Origin: an uncultured SAR86 cluster bacterium
GTDB taxonomy: Bacteria; Pseudomonadota; Gammaproteobacteria; Magnimaribacterales; D2472
DNA length: 64,000 nt
Reading direction: 5' to 3'
Assembly (NCBI GenBank): GCA_902632555.1
Contig: CACPCZ010000001.1
Span: forward strand, 32,283-96,282
Both the position numbers and the translations under genes were made by a program. Positions 48,655 through 58,238 of the stretch are shown in pieces. Within the stretch, counting starts at the first letter, position 1; every line of letters begins with the position of its first letter. Under the pieces are notes generated by a model. It had not been told where the DNA came from. It did no database searches and saw only the letters and a list, made by a program, of their open reading frames with translations.

Positions 48655-49950
48655 ATGGATATCAATGTGTATAAAAAAAGAAGAGACAATTTAGCTAAAG
48701 AGCTTCCTGATAATTCAGTTTTGCTTCTTCCAGGTGCTGATTTGCAATATAGGAATGCTGATTCAACATATCCATTTAGACAGGAAAGCAGTTTCTACTA
48801 TTTTTCTGGATTTTGTGAAGCTTCCTCTTTAATAGCAATAGTTAAAAAAAATAAAGAATATAGTTCCATTATATTTGTTCCACCAAAAGACAAATTGAAA
48901 GAAATATGGGATGGTTTTAGAGCAGGGCCAATAGGAGCGGTTGAGACCTACCTTTTTGATAAAGCTTATGACAATACTCAAATTGATTTAATGATGCCGG
49001 ATATTCTTCATGGTTCCGACCAGGTTCTTTATTCTATTGGTAAAAAGAAAGGATTTGATCAAAGTGTTATTGATTGGACAACAACTGCTAGCACAAAAGA
49101 CAGGCATAGCAAGTCAATAAATATTACAGATGCAACCTCTTTAATCGGTAATACGCGTTTAATAAAAGATGATCATGAGATTGAGCTAATTAAAAAAGCA
49201 TGCGACATATCAGCAGAAGCACATATTGAAGCAATGAAAGCTGTAAAGGATGCCAATACCGAGCAGTCCATAGAGAGTCTATACCTTCACGAATTTTCAA
49301 AAAGGGGTGCTAGATTTCCGGCCTATCCTCCGATTGTTGCTGGCGGTGAAAATGCCTGTGTTTTGCATTATGTTGAGAATGATCAGGATCTCAATAAAAA
49401 TGATTTATTGCTTGTTGATGCAGGCTGTGAGTATAAAATGTATGCAGCTGATATCACAAGAACCTTTCCGGTTAGTGGAAGATTTTCCGATGAACAACTT
49501 GAGATATACAAAATAGTCTTAAATGCTATGAATGCCGCTATAGATTCTGTGAAAGAGGGTAACAGCATAATGATGCCTCAAGAAATCTCTGAAAAAGTTA
49601 TTACAGAGGGATTGGTTAAGATTGGAATTTTACAAGGTGATCCTGTGGAACTACATAAAAAAGGCGCTTATAAAGATTTTTACATGCATAAAATTGGGCA
49701 CTGGCTTGGATTAGACGTTCATGATGCAGGTGATTATATGGAAGGAGATGATTATATGAGATTTAAACCCGGAATGATTACAACAATCGAGCCGGGAATT
49801 TATATCAGCAGTTCAATGAAAGTTGAGGATAAATGGAAAGGTATTGGTGTAAGAATAGAGGATGATATCCTTGTCACCAAAGATGGAAATGAAAACCTGA
49901 CAAAAAAGGTACCTTCAGACCCAGCTGAAATAGAATCATTAATGTCGTAA
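48655..49950 (+). CDS. pepP: Xaa-Pro aminopeptidase
   Basis: Metal ligand contexts LVDAGCEY, AADITRT, HWLGLDVHD, EPGIY and RIEDD. Confidence 0.9.
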   Translation: MDINVYKKRRDNLAKELPDNSVLLLPGADLQYRNADSTYPFRQESSFYYFSGFCEASSLIAIVKKNKEYSSIIFVPPKDKLKEIWDGFRAGPIGAVETYLFDKAYDNTQIDLMMPDILHGSDQVLYSIGKKKGFDQSVIDWTTTASTKDRHSKSINITDATSLIGNTRLIKDDHEIELIKKACDISAEAHIEAMKAVKDANTEQSIESLYLHEFSKRGARFPAYPPIVAGGENACVLHYVENDQDLNKNDLLLVDAGCEYKMYAADITRTFPVSGRFSDEQLEIYKIVLNAMNAAIDSVKEGNSIMMPQEISEKVITEGLVKIGILQGDPVELHKKGAYKDFYMHKIGHWLGLDVHDAGDYMEGDDYMRFKPGMITTIEPGIYISSSMKVEDKWKGIGVRIEDDILVTKDGNENLTKKVPSDPAEIESLMS

Positions 49951-49953
49951 ATC

Positions 49954-51114
49954 GTGAATACAGTTGTAACCATATCTGGTGGCGGGATAATCGGTAACTA
50001 TATTTCTTCTAGACTGAATGCTAACAATATAAGCACCTTGGTAATTGAAAAAAATTCTGATGTACTAGATTTTGCTGAAAATGTTAGAACAGTGACATTA
50101 AATCAACACTCTAAGAATCTAATAGAAAAGCTTGGAGTAAATATTCCACATTCCGAGATTAACGAAATTTTGGTTTTTGATGGGGAGGGTTCGGGAAAAA
50201 TAAACTTCCACTCAAAAGATATAGACGAAGAAAATTTGTCTTATGTAGTTTTCTTTAATGATCTTTATAGGGCGCTCCAAGAGAAGGAAAAACAAAGGAC
50301 AATATTCGGAAATACAATTGAAGATATAAAAGAGAACATTGAAGGCCAAATCTGTGAAGTTCTTTTAACAAATAAAGATAAAATTAATTCAAGCTTTGTG
50401 GCTGGTTGTGATGGAAGGAACTCCAATATTGCTAAATTGGCTAATTTAAATATTAATGTTTCTGATTATGATCAAACTGCAGTAACTTTTACAACAAGAT
50501 CAGATTTGCAAAATAATAAAAAAGCATTTCAGGTTTTTTCTGAAAGAGGAATTTTTGCAGCTATGCCGGTGCCAAAAAATAACTCAGATTCAACTCATAC
50601 AATTGTTTGGTCAATTGAAAATAATAAACTAAATAATGTGAAAACCGTTGAAAGTTACGTAAAAGAAAATATCTCTTATTTCGAGGAGAAGCTCAATATT
50701 GAATTTGAGATATGCTCAAATTTATTGACCTTTAAATTAACAAAGCATCACTTTGACAGCTATATTTCAGATTCAATGGTATTAATTGGAGATGCTGCTC
50801 ACTCTATTCATCCTCTTGCTGGTCAGGGAATAAATTTAGGCTTTGCAGATGCAGATGTCTTTTGTGATGAGTTAATAAAAGGTTTTGAAAAAAGTAGGAA
50901 GATAAATAGAGAACTCATTCTTAAAAGATATGAAGTAAGAAGAAAACAAATGAACCTGTTAATGCTTAAATCCATGGATTTTTTTGTTGAAGTTTTTAGT
51001 TCAGAAAATTTGTTTGTTAAATTAGCCAGAAACATTGGTCTTTCCGGAGTTAACAAGATGAAATTTTTAAAAACATTCTTCATAAATCATGCGTCTGGGA
51101 AGAATAAGCTATAA
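49954..51114 (+). CDS. ubiH: FAD-dependent ubiquinone hydroxylase, UbiH/UbiF/VisC family
   Basis: GTG start, the GxGxxG motif ISGGGIIG, and GDAAHSIHPLAGQGINLGFAD. It follows pepP, as in E. coli pepP-ubiH. Confidence 0.75.
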   Translation: MNTVVTISGGGIIGNYISSRLNANNISTLVIEKNSDVLDFAENVRTVTLNQHSKNLIEKLGVNIPHSEINEILVFDGEGSGKINFHSKDIDEENLSYVVFFNDLYRALQEKEKQRTIFGNTIEDIKENIEGQICEVLLTNKDKINSSFVAGCDGRNSNIAKLANLNINVSDYDQTAVTFTTRSDLQNNKKAFQVFSERGIFAAMPVPKNNSDSTHTIVWSIENNKLNNVKTVESYVKENISYFEEKLNIEFEICSNLLTFKLTKHHFDSYISDSMVLIGDAAHSIHPLAGQGINLGFADADVFCDELIKGFEKSRKINRELILKRYEVRRKQMNLLMLKSMDFFVEVFSSENLFVKLARNIGLSGVNKMKFLKTFFINHASGKNKL

Positions 51115-51164
51115 TTCTCACAGCACACCAAAAATATAAATCTTATTATTTGAGAGGTTTAAAA

Positions 51165-52160
51165 ATGAAAAAATTATCATTATTAATATGCATATTCATA
51201 ATAGTTTCGTGTGCTTATGAGCCACAAAATGAACTTACAATTTATACATCACGTCAACCACAGTTAATTGAACCAATTATTGAAAAATTTACTGACGAAA
51301 CTGGAATAAAAGTAAATTATTTATCAGGTAATGCACAAGAATTAATGGAAAGAATAGATGTCGAAGGTGAAAAATCACCTGCAGATATTTTTATGACAGT
51401 CGATGCTGGTGTACTTTGGCAAGCAGCTGAAAGAGATATTTTTGAAACAATTGATTCCGATGTACTTAAAAATAATATTCCTTCATATTTAAGAGATCCC
51501 AATAATCAATGGTTTGGACTATCCAAAAGGGCTAGAACTATTGTTTTTTCAAATGATCAGTTTAGCGAGGATGATTTTTCATCCTATGAAGATTTAGCAG
51601 ATCCAAAATGGAAAGGAAAGCTTTGTTTAAGAACATCAAAAAAAGTTTATAACAGATCTTTGATGGCCAGTATGATAGATACATACGGATTCGAAAAAAC
51701 AAAAGATGTTGTTTCGGGTTGGGTATCAAATTTAGCCACCGATGTCTTTTCAAATGATACAAATGCTTTAAAAGCAGTTTCTAGCGGCCAGTGTGGCATG
51801 ACAATAGTTAACACATATTACTTTGCAAGATTGTTAGATGATCCTCAATATGACAATTTAAGTTTATTTTGGGCAAATCAAGATGACAGAGGCGTTCATG
51901 TGAATATTTCAGGAGCAGGAGTTGTCAAAACTTCAAAGAATAAAAAAAATGCTATTTTATTGCTTGAATACTTATCTTCAAACGAAGCTCAGGATTTATA
52001 TGCATCAGCAAACAAAGAATATCCAGTTTTGATTGGAGCACAGGTACATGAATCTATCAAAGGATGGGGTGAATTCAAAGAGGATAATATTAACGTGAGT
52101 AAATTAGGATCTCTTCAAAAAGATGCTGTTTTTCTTGCGCAAGAAGTTAACTACAAATAA
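51165..52160 (+). CDS. Fe(3+) ABC-transporter periplasmic binding lipoprotein (FbpA/AfuA/FutA-like)
   Basis: ATG at 51165 with a GAGAGG RBS, and a lipobox IVSC. It has the type-II SBP layout with TVDAGVLW and NTYYFARL. No adjacent permease or ATPase. Confidence 0.7.
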   Translation: MKKLSLLICIFIIVSCAYEPQNELTIYTSRQPQLIEPIIEKFTDETGIKVNYLSGNAQELMERIDVEGEKSPADIFMTVDAGVLWQAAERDIFETIDSDVLKNNIPSYLRDPNNQWFGLSKRARTIVFSNDQFSEDDFSSYEDLADPKWKGKLCLRTSKKVYNRSLMASMIDTYGFEKTKDVVSGWVSNLATDVFSNDTNALKAVSSGQCGMTIVNTYYFARLLDDPQYDNLSLFWANQDDRGVHVNISGAGVVKTSKNKKNAILLLEYLSSNEAQDLYASANKEYPVLIGAQVHESIKGWGEFKEDNINVSKLGSLQKDAVFLAQEVNYK

Positions 52161-52184
52161 TGTTTCAAATTTAATAAGTAAAAT

Positions 52185-52421
52185 TTAAACTTTTTCACCA
52201 CGAGAACGAATTTCTCTGAGTACTTGGCTTATACCTTTTTTATCAATGATTCGCATACCTTTAGCTGACACCTTAAGACTTACAAATCTATTTTCTGATT
52301 CAACCCAAAACTTGTGTGTATGAAGATTAGGAAAGAACTTTCTTTTAGTTCTGTTATTAGCATGAGAAACGTTATTTCCCGTCTGCGGTATCTTTCCCGT
52401 TACTTGACATTTTTTACTCAT
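52185..52421 (-). CDS. rpmB: 50S ribosomal protein L28
   Basis: [33 protein letters not shown] is the canonical L28 N-terminus. Confidence 0.95.
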   Translation of the reverse strand: MSKKCQVTGKIPQTGNNVSHANNRTKRKFFPNLHTHKFWVESENRFVSLKVSAKGMRIIDKKGISQVLREIRSRGEKV

Positions 52422-52477
52422 AGAAACGCGATTTTATAGAACAGAAGCTGACATATCAATACTATAATGAATTTAAT

Positions 52478-52972
52478 ATGAAACAAATCTATGTCCTTAG
52501 GCACGCCAAATCATCATGGGACAATTCAAATCTCACCGATTTTGAAAGACCTCTATCAAAAAGAGGCATAAGAGATGCAAACAAATTATCCATTTTTTTA
52601 AAAAATATGGATTTAATGATTGACATTGTTTTGTGTTCAACAGCTGTCAGAGCAAAAGATACCTTCGATTTAACTGCTTGTGGTTTTAATTTTGAAATAG
52701 ATAAAGCAAATTATACAGATAAACTATATTTTGGAGATGTATCAAGCATTATTATGAGGTTAAAAGAAATAGATAATAGCCTCAAAAACATTCTTATTGT
52801 TGGACATAATCCTACGCTGCATTATCTAGTAGAATCATTAACGAATAAAAAGATAGATAGATTCAAGACATGCAACTTGGCAATAATTACTCATGATGAT
52901 AATTGGAATTCACTAGGCTCCAAAAAATCTAGTTTAAAATCATTAATTAAACCAAAGGAATTGAAAAATTGA
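52478..52972 (+). CDS. sixA: phosphohistidine phosphatase SixA-like (histidine phosphatase superfamily)
   Basis: Motifs YVLRHAKS (RH catalytic motif) and VGHNPTL. Length is 164 aa. Confidence 0.65.
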   Translation: MKQIYVLRHAKSSWDNSNLTDFERPLSKRGIRDANKLSIFLKNMDLMIDIVLCSTAVRAKDTFDLTACGFNFEIDKANYTDKLYFGDVSSIIMRLKEIDNSLKNILIVGHNPTLHYLVESLTNKKIDRFKTCNLAIITHDDNWNSLGSKKSSLKSLIKPKELKN

Positions 52973-53424
52973 AAAACGTTAAAATCAAGATACTAAATCC
53001 ACTTATGGGTAATAAAATTCCAATTCCAAAGTATGAGACAAGGGGGTCGGCAGGCTTAGATCTTAGAGCTTGCATCGATGAGCAATTAATTTTAAATCCA
53101 GGTAAAACTGAAATGATTCCGATGGGATTCGCGATGCATCTTGAGGACGAAAATTTAGCTGCATTGGTAATACCAAGATCTGGTCTTGGCTCAAAATACG
53201 GGATAGTATTAGGCAATCTAGTTGGATTAATAGATTCTGACTATCAAGGTGAATTAATGGTACCTGCCTGGAATAGATCAGAACAGAAATTTGAGATTAA
53301 TCCCGGAGACCGAATTGCTCAAATGATAGTTGTTCCAATAGTTCAAGTAGATTTAGAAATAGTTGAAGATTTTGAAGAGTCGGAAAGGGGTTCTAAGGGT
53401 TTTGGAAGCTCAGGTGTAGATTAA
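52969..53424 (+). CDS. dut: dUTP diphosphatase
   Basis: TTG start overlapping the sixA stop (TTGA). Motifs [17 protein letters not shown] and [10 protein letters not shown]. Confidence 0.95.
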   Translation: MKNVKIKILNPLMGNKIPIPKYETRGSAGLDLRACIDEQLILNPGKTEMIPMGFAMHLEDENLAALVIPRSGLGSKYGIVLGNLVGLIDSDYQGELMVPAWNRSEQKFEINPGDRIAQMIVVPIVQVDLEIVEDFEESERGSKGFGSSGVD

Positions 53425-53426
53425 CT

Positions 53427-53672
53427 TTATTTTTTCTTACCAAATCTCTCTTCAAATTTTTGAACCCTACCACCGGTATCAATAATTTTTTGTTTACCGG
53501 TATAGAATGGATGCGAGGCAGAAGAGACCTCAACGGTGTAGTAAGGATATTCCTTTCCTTCCCATTTTTTTGTTTTATCAGTCTTAAGAGTTGAACGAAG
53601 TAAGAAGTACTCGTCCACACCAATATCATGGAATAGAACTTCTCGGTATTCAGGATGTATATCTTTTTTCAT
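53427..53672 (-). CDS. rpmE2: 50S ribosomal protein L31, type B (non-zinc)
   Basis: MKKDIHPEY...HPFYTGKQK, with no CxxC pair. It is divergent from priA, as in E. coli rpmE-priA. Confidence 0.9.
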   Translation of the reverse strand: MKKDIHPEYREVLFHDIGVDEYFLLRSTLKTDKTKKWEGKEYPYYTVEVSSASHPFYTGKQKIIDTGGRVQKFEERFGKKK

Positions 53673-53730
53673 AATAAAATATATTCAGGATGAGAACTAT
53701 ATCAAATATTAAATCCATTACAATTAAAAA

Positions 53731-55716
53731 ATGAAAATTTTTTACTATGATATTGCTTTAAATATACCGCTTAGAAGGTGTTTTACATACAAATCAAGAG
53801 AGAGGCTCGTCAAAGGCTCTAGGGTTAAAGTAAGTTTTGGTTCGAAGAAGGTGCTTGGTATTGTGGTTAGAAGAATCATAAAACTAGATCCATCAATTAA
53901 AAAAGATTCAATCAAAGAAGCTATAGCAATAGACAAGTACAGTTGTTATGAAAAGCCATTATTTAATTCAGCGGTTTGGGCTTCGAAATATTATCATCAT
54001 CCAATTGGCGAGGTATTTTTCTCATTTATACCTACTGTTTTAAGAAAAGATTCAACTAAAACAATTATTCCGTTTGGAAAAACTTCAGATTACTTAATAA
54101 ATGAGGATGATAAATTTTTTAATTTAAATAAAGAGCAAGAAAATGCAGTCCAGAATTTATCAAAAATTAAAGGATTTAATCCTGCTTTATTGTATGGAGT
54201 AACTGGATCTGGAAAGACCGAAGTATATTTACGCTTGGCTGAGGAAAAGATTAAAAAAGGTGAATCAATTATCATCCTTGTACCAGAGATAAATTTAACT
54301 CCTCAGCTAATTAACAGAATCAAAAATAGGTTTACTGGTGAGATTGGCGTTTTTCACTCTAGTATAACTCCCAAAAAAAGATATGAAACATGGTTAAAAT
54401 CAAAATTTGGTGAAATAAAAATTGTTGTTGGAACAAGATCATCTGTCTTATTACCTCTTAAAAATCTTGGGTTAATTATTCTTGATGAAGAACACGACCA
54501 ATCTTATCGACAATCTGAAGGTTTTAAGTTTTCGGCAAGAGATTTAGCTATTAAAAGATCTCAGTTAGAAAAAGTTCCATTATTGCTTGGTTCAGCAACA
54601 CCTTCTCTTCAAACTTTGAAATTAATTTCTGAAAATAAATTCAGTAAGCATGAAATCTTAAAAAGAATAGATGGAAAGAAACCCCCCAAAATAATTACTT
54701 TGGATATTAATCATTCAAAACTAGTAGCAGGTATTGCTGAAGAGAGCATGTTAGCAATTAAGCAAACTATTAAAAATGGAGAACAAGTATTAATTTTCAT
54801 TAATAGGAGGGGATTTGCTCCGCTTTTTGAATGTGAAAGTTGTGGGTGGGTTGCAAATTGTAGTTCATGTGACTCAAATCTTGTCTATCATAAAGCAAGA
54901 AATAGGCTCATATGTCATAAATGTGAATCGGCGTTTAATGTTTCAAAAAAATGCCCAGAATGCAGTTCTAAAGAGCTTAAAGCATATGGCTTAGGAACTG
55001 AAAAAGTTGAAGAAGCACTCCGTTTAGAATTTAGAAAAACACCTATAATAAGAGTTGATCATGACTCCACTAGAAAAAAGGGAGCCATCGAGAAGATATA
55101 TTCAGATATACACAAAAGCGATGAGGCAATTTTAATAGGTACACAAATGCTTACTAAAAGCCACGATTTTCCAAAAGTCACTATGTGTATAATTTTAAAT
55201 GCTGATAATGGCTTAATAAGCCCAGAAATAAATGCTATTGAAAAAATATCTCAACAACTTATTCAAGTTTCTGGCAGAGCTGGAAGAAACAATAATGTAG
55301 CAAAAGTTATTTTGCAAACTAGATATCCAAACGATCTAAATCTTAAGAAGATAAAAACTGGAAACTACCATATCATTGCAGATCAATGTCTAAAAGATAA
55401 CAAACTCAAAAGTTTGCCACCTTTTTCTAGCATTTGTATTTTAAGATGCACATCTCCAAATTCATCAAATTGCATGAAGTTTCTCAATAAAGTTAGTAAT
55501 TTACTTTGTGAAAAAAATAAAATTGAAATCATCGGCCCCCTTCCATCCATTCCATCAAAAATTAAAGGAAATTCGAGATTTCATATAGTGTTAAATACTT
55601 CTTCAAAAGCCTATTTAAATAAAGTTTTAATATTTCTTACAGAAGAATTTTATAGATGGCCCGAAACAAAAAAAGTTAGATGGACATTTGATATAGACCC
55701 ATACGATATGTCTTAA
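53731..55716 (+). CDS. priA: primosomal replication restart helicase PriA
   Basis: Walker A GVTGSGKTEVY, DEEHD, and a Cys-rich zinc region (CESCGW..CSSCD..CHKC..CPEC). Confidence 0.9.
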   Translation: MKIFYYDIALNIPLRRCFTYKSRERLVKGSRVKVSFGSKKVLGIVVRRIIKLDPSIKKDSIKEAIAIDKYSCYEKPLFNSAVWASKYYHHPIGEVFFSFIPTVLRKDSTKTIIPFGKTSDYLINEDDKFFNLNKEQENAVQNLSKIKGFNPALLYGVTGSGKTEVYLRLAEEKIKKGESIIILVPEINLTPQLINRIKNRFTGEIGVFHSSITPKKRYETWLKSKFGEIKIVVGTRSSVLLPLKNLGLIILDEEHDQSYRQSEGFKFSARDLAIKRSQLEKVPLLLGSATPSLQTLKLISENKFSKHEILKRIDGKKPPKIITLDINHSKLVAGIAEESMLAIKQTIKNGEQVLIFINRRGFAPLFECESCGWVANCSSCDSNLVYHKARNRLICHKCESAFNVSKKCPECSSKELKAYGLGTEKVEEALRLEFRKTPIIRVDHDSTRKKGAIEKIYSDIHKSDEAILIGTQMLTKSHDFPKVTMCIILNADNGLISPEINAIEKISQQLIQVSGRAGRNNNVAKVILQTRYPNDLNLKKIKTGNYHIIADQCLKDNKLKSLPPFSSICILRCTSPNSSNCMKFLNKVSNLLCEKNKIEIIGPLPSIPSKIKGNSRFHIVLNTSSKAYLNKVLIFLTEEFYRWPETKKVRWTFDIDPYDMS

Positions 55717-56972
55717 ATATTTATTTTAAGAATCTGCCCAGGATATATAGGTTTTTGTTCGAGCTTATTTAATTCAGTAATTGAACTGATAGAAACACCA
55801 AATCTTATTGCTATTTCTGATAGTACATCACCTGGTTGAATTTCATAAATAACTGTATCTGGATTCTGTGAAATAATAGTATTAGGCAAAGGAATTTCTT
55901 TAAAATAATTGTGTAACCCTAAAAAAATTGATCTTGCTATCATTCTTCTTCCAGCCTTACCTTTTAATCTTGCAGCATCTTCAGGATTGGTTATAAATCC
56001 TGACTCAACAAGTATCGAGGGTATGTCTATAGATTTTAAAACCCTAAAATCCGCATACTCAACATTCTTTTTATGAATTTTTGTATATGGATCTCTTTTA
56101 AGTTGATCTAAGACTTTAGTGCCAAGAACTTTACTTTGATTGATTTTTTTTTCATACATTTTTGGATAATTAGTTCTTGCTTGATCCTCATCAAAATCAG
56201 TTGGCTTTAGATTTTTAATATCAGCTTGGATGCGTTTTCTTTGCTTCTCAGATAAGTTTCTAGCAATTGTACTTGAGGCCTCATCTGACCATATAAAAAC
56301 TGACGCACCTTTAACAGATTCAAGTCTAAAACCATCTGCATGAATTGATATAAAAGCATCAGCACCTTTTTTTCTAGCCTCTTGATATCTTGTATTCAAA
56401 TCTATTGTTTGATCATCTGTTCTTATCATTATGGGCTCATATCCGACAGTATCTCTCAGAGTCCTTTCAAGCTCCTTCGCAATTAATAGAGTTACATCCT
56501 TTTCCAATATATTGTTAGGACCAACAGCTCCTGGATATTTACCACCATGCCCAGCATCAATAGCTATAACAATATTTCTAAGATTAGTACTGAGATTTCT
56601 TGATTTTTTTGTAATGATTGACAGAATAACGCCTTCTTTTGTTTGTATTTGATAAGGTTTTTCCCAATAAACATTCTCATAAAGATCAATAACTATTCTT
56701 GAAATATTTTTTTCAGATGAGGCTCTAATTTTCTTTATTGGAAAGTTGTATGGCTCATCAATAAGATTTTTAAGATCACTATCGTAAACATCTAAAACTA
56801 ATCGAGAAGGATTATCTAAAGAATATGACTTCACTAAAGCAACTCTCTCAAGTAGAAAGGATATTTCAACACTTTTATCATTTTTTTCTTTAATGTCGTA
56901 AAAGGATAATTCATTAGACTGAATAAAAGAAAAAAATGACAAACTTAAGAAAAGAAATCTATTCATCGACAT
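55713..56972 (-). CDS. amiB: N-acetylmuramoyl-L-alanine amidase with AMIN N-domain and C-terminal LysM
   Basis: Amidase_3 motifs (IDAGHGG, SIHAD, ESGFITN) and LysM YEIQPGDVLSEIAIRFGVS. Synteny is nnrD-tsaE-amiB. Confidence 0.8.
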   Translation of the reverse strand: MSMNRFLFLSLSFFSFIQSNELSFYDIKEKNDKSVEISFLLERVALVKSYSLDNPSRLVLDVYDSDLKNLIDEPYNFPIKKIRASSEKNISRIVIDLYENVYWEKPYQIQTKEGVILSIITKKSRNLSTNLRNIVIAIDAGHGGKYPGAVGPNNILEKDVTLLIAKELERTLRDTVGYEPIMIRTDDQTIDLNTRYQEARKKGADAFISIHADGFRLESVKGASVFIWSDEASSTIARNLSEKQRKRIQADIKNLKPTDFDEDQARTNYPKMYEKKINQSKVLGTKVLDQLKRDPYTKIHKKNVEYADFRVLKSIDIPSILVESGFITNPEDAARLKGKAGRRMIARSIFLGLHNYFKEIPLPNTIISQNPDTVIYEIQPGDVLSEIAIRFGVSISSITELNKLEQKPIYPGQILKINI

Positions 56973-57417
56973 TTATTCCTTCAAAAATGTTATTTCTATG
57001 ATCAATTTTAACCTTTCTAGAGTTTTCTAAATGCTCAAGGTTTATTTTTAGATCATATAGCCTTTCGGTTTTTAGTCTTTCTGGCCATTCTATAATAATT
57101 ATCTTTTTATGAACTATTTTTCTCTCTAAGTTAAAGATATCAATGTCCTCAGCTTCTTCGGTTCTATATAAATCTATATGTAGAAATAACATTTTTTTAA
57201 ATTGGTACTCCTCACATAGAGTGTAAGTAGGACTCTTAACGGTTCTATCCCATCCTGAATTTTTTAAAATGGACTTTGTAAGAAAAGTTTTACCTGTACC
57301 AAGATCTCCATCAAGATGGATTTCAATTGATTCAAATTTTGATTCAAGTATTGTTTTGGCAATTGATTTGCCCAAAGCATTTGTATCAGATTCATCTTTT
57401 AAAATAAATTCAATCAT
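56959..57417 (-). CDS. tsaE: tRNA t6A37 biosynthesis ATPase TsaE
   Basis: P-loop GDLGTGKTF, SPTYTL and HIDLYR. Confidence 0.85.
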   Translation of the reverse strand: MIEFILKDESDTNALGKSIAKTILESKFESIEIHLDGDLGTGKTFLTKSILKNSGWDRTVKSPTYTLCEEYQFKKMLFLHIDLYRTEEAEDIDIFNLERKIVHKKIIIIEWPERLKTERLYDLKINLEHLENSRKVKIDHRNNIFEGINVDE

Positions 57418-58231
57418 TTATAAGCTCTCTAATTATTGGAATTAATGAAGATGCATTAAGACCTTTTTCCCCAATATTTTTTTTGAATATCGTTCCTGCC
57501 CTTGCATGAACCGATGTTGCTAAAAGACAACTATCAAGTAAATTTATTCCTTGAGCAACAAAAGATGAAACTACTCCAGCTAAAACATCCCCAGTGCCTC
57601 CCGATGCGAGTTCAGGTCCACCATCAACACAAAGATAAATATTTTTTTGATCACAAGGTACCACAACAGTCCCGTATCCTTTTAATATGACATGAGCATT
57701 ATACTTTTCTGATATTTCAATGGCTGATTTCGCTCTATCACTTTGAATTTCCTCAACTGTTTTATTTAGAAGTTTACTTGCTTCCCCTGGATGAGGTGTA
57801 AGAATTAAATTAGCTTTATGATCTAAATCTATTTCTCTCAAGAAATTCAGTACACCAGCATCTAGAATCATCGATTCAAATTGAGAATTCACTAATACTT
57901 TTTTGAAAAGATCAATTGACCATTTTTCGTTATCAAGTCCAGGACCAAATAGTAAAACTTTAATATCTTCAGGTATGCGGTGTTCGTTTTTAATTCCTAA
58001 AGCAATAACCTCAGGATTTCTTTTTAAGCTTGCTTCAATATTATCATCATGCGTATGTAAATGAACGAGGCCGGCTCCGCTAAAAAGCGCAGCTTCAGAC
58101 GATAGAATTGCTGCACCTCCCATGCCTCTTTTGCCACCTACGATTAATAATTTTCCTGAATTACCCTTATGAGAATCTATTATTCTTGAAGGGATCTTTA
58201 TATCAATTGTGTCAAAGTCAAACTGAAGCAT
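57410..58231 (-). CDS. nnrD: ADP-dependent NAD(P)H-hydrate dehydratase (YjeF C-terminal domain only)
   Basis: Motifs GGKRGMGGAAILSSEAAL and GGPELASGGTGDVLAG. At 273 aa it lacks the N-terminal epimerase domain. Confidence 0.85.
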   Translation of the reverse strand: MLQFDFDTIDIKIPSRIIDSHKGNSGKLLIVGGKRGMGGAAILSSEAALFSGAGLVHLHTHDDNIEASLKRNPEVIALGIKNEHRIPEDIKVLLFGPGLDNEKWSIDLFKKVLVNSQFESMILDAGVLNFLREIDLDHKANLILTPHPGEASKLLNKTVEEIQSDRAKSAIEISEKYNAHVILKGYGTVVVPCDQKNIYLCVDGGPELASGGTGDVLAGVVSSFVAQGINLLDSCLLATSVHARAGTIFKKNIGEKGLNASSLIPIIRELIND

Positions 58232-58238
58232 AATAAAA

